Source: a virus
Lineage: Duplodnaviria > Caudoviricetes
Length of the DNA stretch: 64,000 nt
Direction: 5' to 3' (one strand)
IMG/VR virus record: IMGVR_UViG_3300021387_000087
Shown: piece after piece, positions 58,766 to 64,000 of the stretch
How the letters are laid out: every line of letters starts with the position of its first letter
How positions within the stretch are numbered: the stretch's first letter is position 1
Translations under genes and position numbers: made by a program
The notes under the pieces: generated by a model
The model's database searches: none
What the model saw: only the letters and a program-made list of their open reading frames with translations
Told to the model about the DNA's origin: nothing

Positions 58766-59663
58766 TTTCAACCTCATTCCGAATCACTTGAAACATCTCA
58801 TCAACAGTTTTATTTCCAATAGGATAATGGATTTCCGACAGACTACTTCTTGCAAACGTCCCATTTACCAAATCAATATAAAACGTAATAGTGCCATCAT
58901 CACCCGCATAAAACATTTCCCAATCTTCATCAGAAAGTTTATCTCTCATATGAAGTTGCTCAAGTGCAAGATTATCAAAAGATACAACGTCAAAATGATC
59001 TGTCAATCGCATAATATCCTGTTCAAGAAAATAAATCTTGGATTCAATATTATACATATGATCCTTATAAAAATTATTGCCACGACCTTTATGTTTATAT
59101 CCCAAAATAAGAAGTTTTAGTCCCTTATCCATCATATATTTAATATCGGTTTGTTTAACAACACCTGCAATTACATGAATAATGGCATTAGGATATTCTT
59201 TAACAGTATCAATAAATCCCTCTTCGGTAGGATTAACTAAAGAAATACCAATTCCCTTAATCAAATCCATTTTATATAGAAACTTAATAAACTGCTGACC
59301 ATACTCACTCATAAAATGTCTCTGATTAATTGTTGCATTGACAAACACATTCTGGGCTTTCATGGTATATAAAAATTCCATCAAATCGGGGGGTGTAGGA
59401 AACTGAAGATTAATCGCAAGTTCTGTATAAGGATGCATGGTATGCAGAAATTTCCAACTTGTTAAATCACCATGCTTACCAGTAGGAGAGCATCCCGCAT
59501 AGCAAAATTCACATCCATTATCGCAACACTGCGAAATTTGAATATCACAGGATTCTGAGAAATCATAATAGAAATCATCATCATTTGTTACGTGAAATTT
59601 TGTTCCATCATCAAAAATTGTGGTAATTGTATTACCATTCTTATATGTAGCAAGTTCTTTCAT
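58743..59663 (-). CDS. Radical SAM enzyme
   Basis: CDNGCEFC (CxxxCxxC); 306 aa; no C-terminal Cys-rich SPASM domain. Confidence 0.85.
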   Translation of the reverse strand: MKELATYKNGNTITTIFDDGTKFHVTNDDDFYYDFSESCDIQISQCCDNGCEFCYAGCSPTGKHGDLTSWKFLHTMHPYTELAINLQFPTPPDLMEFLYTMKAQNVFVNATINQRHFMSEYGQQFIKFLYKMDLIKGIGISLVNPTEEGFIDTVKEYPNAIIHVIAGVVKQTDIKYMMDKGLKLLILGYKHKGRGNNFYKDHMYNIESKIYFLEQDIMRLTDHFDVVSFDNLALEQLHMRDKLSDEDWEMFYAGDDGTITFYIDLVNGTFARSSLSEIHYPIGNKTVDEMFQVIRNEVENESKKLS

Positions 59664-59672
59664 TACATCTCC

Positions 59673-59972
59673 TTAATGATCTTCTTTTGCATAGCTTATA
59701 CCAACTACTTTATCGCCATGGTCTGTAGTATAATGCTTTATTTCATAGTCTGCTTCTTCGTCAAAATAACTATCTCTATAGCGCCAACTTTCTAACTCTT
59801 TCTCTGTCAGACCTTGTATACTAACCCATTTTTCATCCCATATATCCCATTTATAATTATCATCTTCATCCATCTTCATTAATGCGTCATATTCTTTTTT
59901 TGGCATAATTATTAACGAATGCGAGAGGGATGAATTAGTTTCCCAAACACCGTATCTTATATTCTTTTTCAT
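59673..59972 (-). CDS. ETNSS-motif protein 4 (99 aa)
   Basis: MKKNIRYGVWETNSSLSHSL; C-terminal YTTDHGDKVVGIS. Confidence 0.75.
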   Translation of the reverse strand: MKKNIRYGVWETNSSLSHSLIIMPKKEYDALMKMDEDDNYKWDIWDEKWVSIQGLTEKELESWRYRDSYFDEEADYEIKHYTTDHGDKVVGISYAKEDH

Positions 59973-59987
59973 TTTATTTTAACCTCA

Positions 59988-60401
59988 CTACTCTGAAATA
60001 TACTGTGAAACAGCAACTACAACATCGCCACTAGGAGTCGTTAATTCTTTTATAATACTATCGCCTACATCGTCATCTGAATGTGCAAAACGGGCATACT
60101 GAAAACGATTCGCATAAAAATCAAAAATTTCATTATCAGTTAAATCAATGAAATCTTTACTCTTTTCCCAACGACCCGATTCATAATCTTTTTTAAACCA
60201 AGAGTTTTCTCTACCCTGTTGAATAATATCTTTTTTAGAAATCCATTCATTATTCCATGTATCCCAAAACCAATCGGGATCATATCGTTTTTTATCAGCT
60301 TCTCGCTCTTGTTTAAGATAATCTTCTTTAAGCATAAGAGTGAGTGTATGCTGACTACTTGAATTTGTTTCAAAAGTCTTATATCTAATTTGTGTTTTCA
60401 T
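59988..60401 (-). CDS. ETNSS-motif protein 3 (137 aa)
   Basis: MKTQIRYKTFETNSSSQHTL; C-terminal LTTPSGDVVVAVS. Confidence 0.75.
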   Translation of the reverse strand: MKTQIRYKTFETNSSSQHTLTLMLKEDYLKQEREADKKRYDPDWFWDTWNNEWISKKDIIQQGRENSWFKKDYESGRWEKSKDFIDLTDNEIFDFYANRFQYARFAHSDDDVGDSIIKELTTPSGDVVVAVSQYISE

Positions 60402-61452
60402 TAAGCACCACCTGTCTATTCACATCAGCAAGAAACTTGTTAATCCTATCATAATCAGGATTAGCAGGAAGTTCCGTATGTTCTTTCCAGTATTCTAATT
60501 TACTCTCTAAATCATCTACAATATCATAAAACTCTGGAAGTGGATGATCCTCGTCATCAAGGTACTTGCCATTCCTGATATCCATAAGAAAATCGTGTTC
60601 TTTCGCACGATATGTAATAATCTCACCTTTTTCAAGAATATCAAAACACATCAGATAAAGCCGTACCAGATGCATCATATGCTTTCCAAGTTTGCCACGT
60701 TCAATCGCTTTACGATTCCGCGCACCAATTTTTGCATATTCTTTAACAATTGCAACCATTTCTGACCACATAGACTTATAATCTCGAAGCGGATAGTGCT
60801 TCAAGTTAACATCCATGAAAATCTCAGTGTCGTAATCAGGATTTACCGCTTCATCAATATATAATTTAATTGCATCTTCTGGATATTCAAAAAACTTTGT
60901 AGGAAAAGTATATTTGGCATTTTCAATACTACGCAGAATAAACTCTTCACGCTTAGTCTGTTCCATAGTTCTAGCGGCACGGTTTTCGAGCCTACGAAGC
61001 TGTGACGAGGCATAACCGCCAAAAGAATGAATAGCACGCTTAGAAAGAAACATATCCCTGTTATCAATCAAAGCCTGACCAATATCTGTCACATAAAAAT
61101 ACTGCCAAGGCTCAAGACCAAGAATTTCAATTGTATTAGGATTGCAATTGGAGAGAAGATTAACAATTTTCTCAAGAGAATAAACAGTAGTATCTGTTTC
61201 TTCATTTACAACTTGCTCAAATCCCTTACGAGTAAGAATGTCCTCTGCGCTATGAGTAGCCACACCACGCACATCGATATCACTATTTTCATTATTGGTG
61301 CCATAGGCATAGCTGCCACCAAGTCCCAGAAGAACAATATTGTCGCCCAAAGGCTTTTCCCGCAAAAACTTGTATCTTTCATCTTCATACAACGCTGTTT
61401 GAATATCTTCTACAACCATTGCGATTTCTAAATCATCTGCTGTTCTAATCAT
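60385..61452 (-). CDS. Pol-beta-superfamily nucleotidyltransferase (RlaP/YcgL-like)
   Basis: GGSYAYGTNNENSDIDVRG (GS...DxD), CNPNTIEIL, FGGYA, KHMMHLVRL, LPANPD. Confidence 0.8.
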   Translation of the reverse strand: MIRTADDLEIAMVVEDIQTALYEDERYKFLREKPLGDNIVLLGLGGSYAYGTNNENSDIDVRGVATHSAEDILTRKGFEQVVNEETDTTVYSLEKIVNLLSNCNPNTIEILGLEPWQYFYVTDIGQALIDNRDMFLSKRAIHSFGGYASSQLRRLENRAARTMEQTKREEFILRSIENAKYTFPTKFFEYPEDAIKLYIDEAVNPDYDTEIFMDVNLKHYPLRDYKSMWSEMVAIVKEYAKIGARNRKAIERGKLGKHMMHLVRLYLMCFDILEKGEIITYRAKEHDFLMDIRNGKYLDDEDHPLPEFYDIVDDLESKLEYWKEHTELPANPDYDRINKFLADVNRQVVLNENTN

Positions 61453-61944
61453 TTAATCACACCTTGTCTCCAATCCAACATATTTATTAAAAATAAATTC
61501 AACACACGCTTGAGAATCCCAAAGACTTACTATACAATTATCATCACACCAACCACCATCCAGCTGTTGATGATCAAAATAATCATAAGCTTCTTCCCAT
61601 TTACATTCATCTACTTTAACACCACGACATAACACGCCGTTATGTTTTGTTACATATTTCCCAAATGCTTCATTAAAATAGTTTATAATATATCCTTTAT
61701 CCTCAATCTTTTCTATATCAAAGTTATAATAAGCATACAACCATGTCATGATATATTTTAATTTTGTTTTCTGATTAAAGAACTGAGCCTCATCCTTGCC
61801 AAAATACTGATCCAAAGTGATATGCACATAACCATCTTCATGGATTTTCATATGACATTTTTCTAATCCTCTTTTACTAAAACAGAAGCTATGCACACTA
61901 CTGCTATTAGTCTCCCAAACATTACTCCGAATCTGTGTCTTCAT
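61453..61944 (-). CDS. ETNSS-motif protein 2 (163 aa)
   Basis: MKTQIRSNVWETNSSSVHSF; KTKLKY; YFDHQ. Confidence 0.75.
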   Translation of the reverse strand: MKTQIRSNVWETNSSSVHSFCFSKRGLEKCHMKIHEDGYVHITLDQYFGKDEAQFFNQKTKLKYIMTWLYAYYNFDIEKIEDKGYIINYFNEAFGKYVTKHNGVLCRGVKVDECKWEEAYDYFDHQQLDGGWCDDNCIVSLWDSQACVEFIFNKYVGLETRCD

Positions 61945-62770
61945 CTATCCAATCTCCATTTTCATCAAAATCTTCGGGATGCTTTTCTTTATATAATTCC
62001 CAATCATAAGACCCCTCTTTTGGGTATTTAATCTGAATTGCGTTTTTATCCACAATTCCAGCTTCTAACATAGTGCCAAAAATATCACACTCATCGCCAT
62101 CTACGATAACCACGATATCTTTACGAATTAAGTAATCCTCAAGAGTGATATTATATTTTTCCAGAAATCGTTGAAAAAGTCCTACACTCTGATGATCCAC
62201 GCTTCCGAACTTAGGTACCTCTAACCAGATTTCTTCCTGCTTACGACCAGAATTACAGATTTCTTTATAATAAGGTTCTGAATCCTTATTGTAATAACTC
62301 CAGTTTCCATTGCGAACCAAATCATCGTATGGAACTTCTTCATAAGTTGTATAATCCTGATTCAAATCATCTGTTACAGTGTCTGAATATACACGAAATC
62401 TCTCTGAATCCATGTATGGTTCTACTTTGTCAACTCCAATTAGTTTCTTTAAAAGTGGCTCAAATACCTCATGAAATGTATTTTCACCTCGAATATAACT
62501 CTCTAAGCTATAACAACTTCCGCACATAGAAGCCAAAGCATAAGATAGCTTATCCCGAAAAGATGTAAGAACATCGAACTCTCTACCGAATTCTTTATTA
62601 CAATCGTGCATCAACTGAAGAGTGTGCTTATCTTTATTCCAATCCTCATCAAGATAATACTCATCTCGAATTTCTTTCTGAGTCATTGTCTGACGCTTTT
62701 TCATAATCAAAAGACTGTGCATTGATGAAGAATTAGTCTCCCAAGCCCCTTTTCTTACCGTCATTTTCAT
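61922..62770 (-). CDS. ETNSS-motif protein 1 (282 aa)
   Basis: MKMTVRKGAWETNSSSMHSL; RDKLSY; SVDHQS. Confidence 0.75.
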   Translation of the reverse strand: MKMTVRKGAWETNSSSMHSLLIMKKRQTMTQKEIRDEYYLDEDWNKDKHTLQLMHDCNKEFGREFDVLTSFRDKLSYALASMCGSCYSLESYIRGENTFHEVFEPLLKKLIGVDKVEPYMDSERFRVYSDTVTDDLNQDYTTYEEVPYDDLVRNGNWSYYNKDSEPYYKEICNSGRKQEEIWLEVPKFGSVDHQSVGLFQRFLEKYNITLEDYLIRKDIVVIVDGDECDIFGTMLEAGIVDKNAIQIKYPKEGSYDWELYKEKHPEDFDENGDWIDEDTDSE

Positions 62771-62898
62771 AAATAAAATCTCCTTTTAATTATATATTCT
62801 TTATTCATCCATCTAATCATTATCACATCTTTACAGGGATAAAAACGTGGTTTGATATACCACAATAGCCTGTCAAGTTCTTTACAAATATCTTTCAT
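62767..62898 (-). CDS. Small leader ORF (43 aa)
   Basis: GAGGTG RBS; MKDICKELDRLLWYIKPRFYPCKDVIMIRWMNKEYIIKRRFYL*; its TGA overlaps the ATG of the next gene. Confidence 0.55.
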   Translation of the reverse strand: MKDICKELDRLLWYIKPRFYPCKDVIMIRWMNKEYIIKRRFYL

Positions 62899-62921
62899 AT
62901 TATCACCTCACAACTATATAT

Positions 62922-62949
62922 AGTATATCAAACCACACAAAAATGTCAA
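62922..62949 (-). promoter_or_regulatory. Sigma-A/70-like promoter
   Basis: TTGACA-N16-TATACT with an extended -10 TG (TGaTATACT). Confidence 0.65.
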
Positions 62950-62952
62950 TAT

Positions 62953-63333
62953 TTAATTATCACTTTCTACAACTTTCTTTTTCTTTCCCGATCTTTTCAG
63001 TTTAATCTCTTCTTGACGAGCAGCTTCTTCAATGGCTCTCATATCACGATTAAGACGTCCAAACACACGAGCATACCTTCTATGCTCATTAGGATCTTTA
63101 TATGTTTTCTCTTCACGTCTTGCACGCTCTGTCGCCCATTCACGACTATCTTTCTCAAAAGGGTTTTTCTGATAAGAATAAGTCTTACCGTCTTCTTTAC
63201 GTTTCGCAAATTTTGCCATACGCTTCTCATGACGCTTCTGTTTAATTGCTTTATTAATTGCACGCTGACCACGGGACTTATAACCTTTGCACCACTCATT
63301 ATGTTTCTTATTAGGTTTACTCATCTTTATCAC
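62953..63333 (-). CDS. Highly basic hypothetical protein
   Basis: 126 aa, K/R-rich; overlaps the SPFH stop; true start may be MSKPNK. Confidence 0.6.
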   Translation of the reverse strand: MIKMSKPNKKHNEWCKGYKSRGQRAINKAIKQKRHEKRMAKFAKRKEDGKTYSYQKNPFEKDSREWATERARREEKTYKDPNEHRRYARVFGRLNRDMRAIEEAARQEEIKLKRSGKKKKVVESDN

Positions 63334-64000
63334 CTCTCATATCAACAATAGGAGTAGACCCGCCCTGAATCTGAGGTACAGTTCCATTCCACTTTTCAAT
63401 TTTTTTACTTTCAATTAGTTCAGATGTCAGTGAACCCGCAACCTTCTTATTTGCTTCAGCTTCAGCTTCAGCAGCAATTCTTTTGGCTTCCGCTTCACCC
63501 TCAGCCTTAATCTTTGCCTTTTCAGCATTAATTACAGCAGTTTCTTTATCCTTTTCAGCCTGAATAAGAGCAACTTCTTTTTCTTTTTCAGCTTCTACAG
63601 ATGCAGTCTGCTTATTAATTTTAGCTACCTCAAGTTCCTGTTGAGCCTGAATCTTTTTCTGAATTGCTTTGTCGGTTTCCTTATCTACATTAACATCAAT
63701 TAGAGACGCACTTTCAATAATAATTCCATAAGGTTCAAACTTCTGCTGAAGATATTCAGTAAGAGCAATATTAACCGCTCCACGCTGTTCACCAATAATT
63801 TCTGTCATATAATATCTAGGAGTCACTTCTTTAGTCCAAGACATTACATTAGGTCTAATAAATGTACGGAGAACATCTTTACCAGAACGTCCTTTGAACC
63901 TTGTAAAAATCTCAGCAACTCGCTCTGGATCATATCTATAAGTAAATGTCTCATCAACCCTCAGACCCTTGCCATCCTTCGAAGGAGCCTCAAAACTATC
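63317..64000 (-). CDS. SPFH/Band 7 (prohibitin-like) protein, 5' part outside the window
   Basis: Frame is open to the edge: ..SKDGKGLRVDETFTYRYDP..YGIIIESASLIDV..AIQKKIQAQQE..AEGEAEA..IEKWNGTVPQ. Confidence 0.85.
   Translation of the reverse strand, partial: DSFEAPSKDGKGLRVDETFTYRYDPERVAEIFTRFKGRSGKDVLRTFIRPNVMSWTKEVTPRYYMTEIIGEQRGAVNIALTEYLQQKFEPYGIIIESASLIDVNVDKETDKAIQKKIQAQQELEVAKINKQTASVEAEKEKEVALIQAEKDKETAVINAEKAKIKAEGEAEAKRIAAEAEAEANKKVAGSLTSELIESKKIEKWNGTVPQIQGGSTPIVDMRGDKDE

Noticed and set aside
62860-62876. Second TTGACA on the minus strand
   Set aside because: No acceptable -10 hexamer at 16-18 bp spacing
1-64000. CRISPR array, diversity-generating retroelement, integrase/att site, rRNA or genetic-code reassignment
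   Set aside because: No spaced direct repeats, reverse transcriptase, adenine-specific repeat pair or recombinase seen by eye; genes are long and tightly packed under the standard code

Overview
The whole window is phage DNA: an AT-rich, large tailed-phage segment with SPbeta-like gene order, probably infecting a Firmicute (Clostridia-like host inferred from Shine-Dalgarno style, CW_7 and choline-binding-type repeats). All credible genes are on the minus strand. Reading in the direction of transcription (64000 to 1): a partial SPFH gene; a sigma-A-like promoter; a tightly coupled operon with four paralogous proteins sharing an N-terminal [WF]ETNSS-x-x-H motif, a Pol-beta-like nucleotidyltransferase, a radical SAM enzyme, a zinc-ribbon protein, a cysteine desulfurase and a YonO-like single-subunit RNA polymerase; HU; a two-catalytic-domain endolysin; a six-gene cassette of unknown function; PhoH, ClpP-like and metallophosphoesterase genes; an atypical CAT tRNA; the head module (terminase large subunit split by a 1224-nt group I intron carrying an HNH endonuclease, portal, protease/scaffold, capsid); neck and tail genes; a RuvC-like resolvase; a 5293-aa tape-measure protein ending in cell-wall-binding repeats; and modular tail-tip/fibre proteins. 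The best candidates for an undescribed system are the ETNSS-paralog/radical SAM/nucleotidyltransferase/desulfurase operon and the six-gene cassette behind the endolysin. All calls come from reading motifs and gene order by eye; no searches were run.
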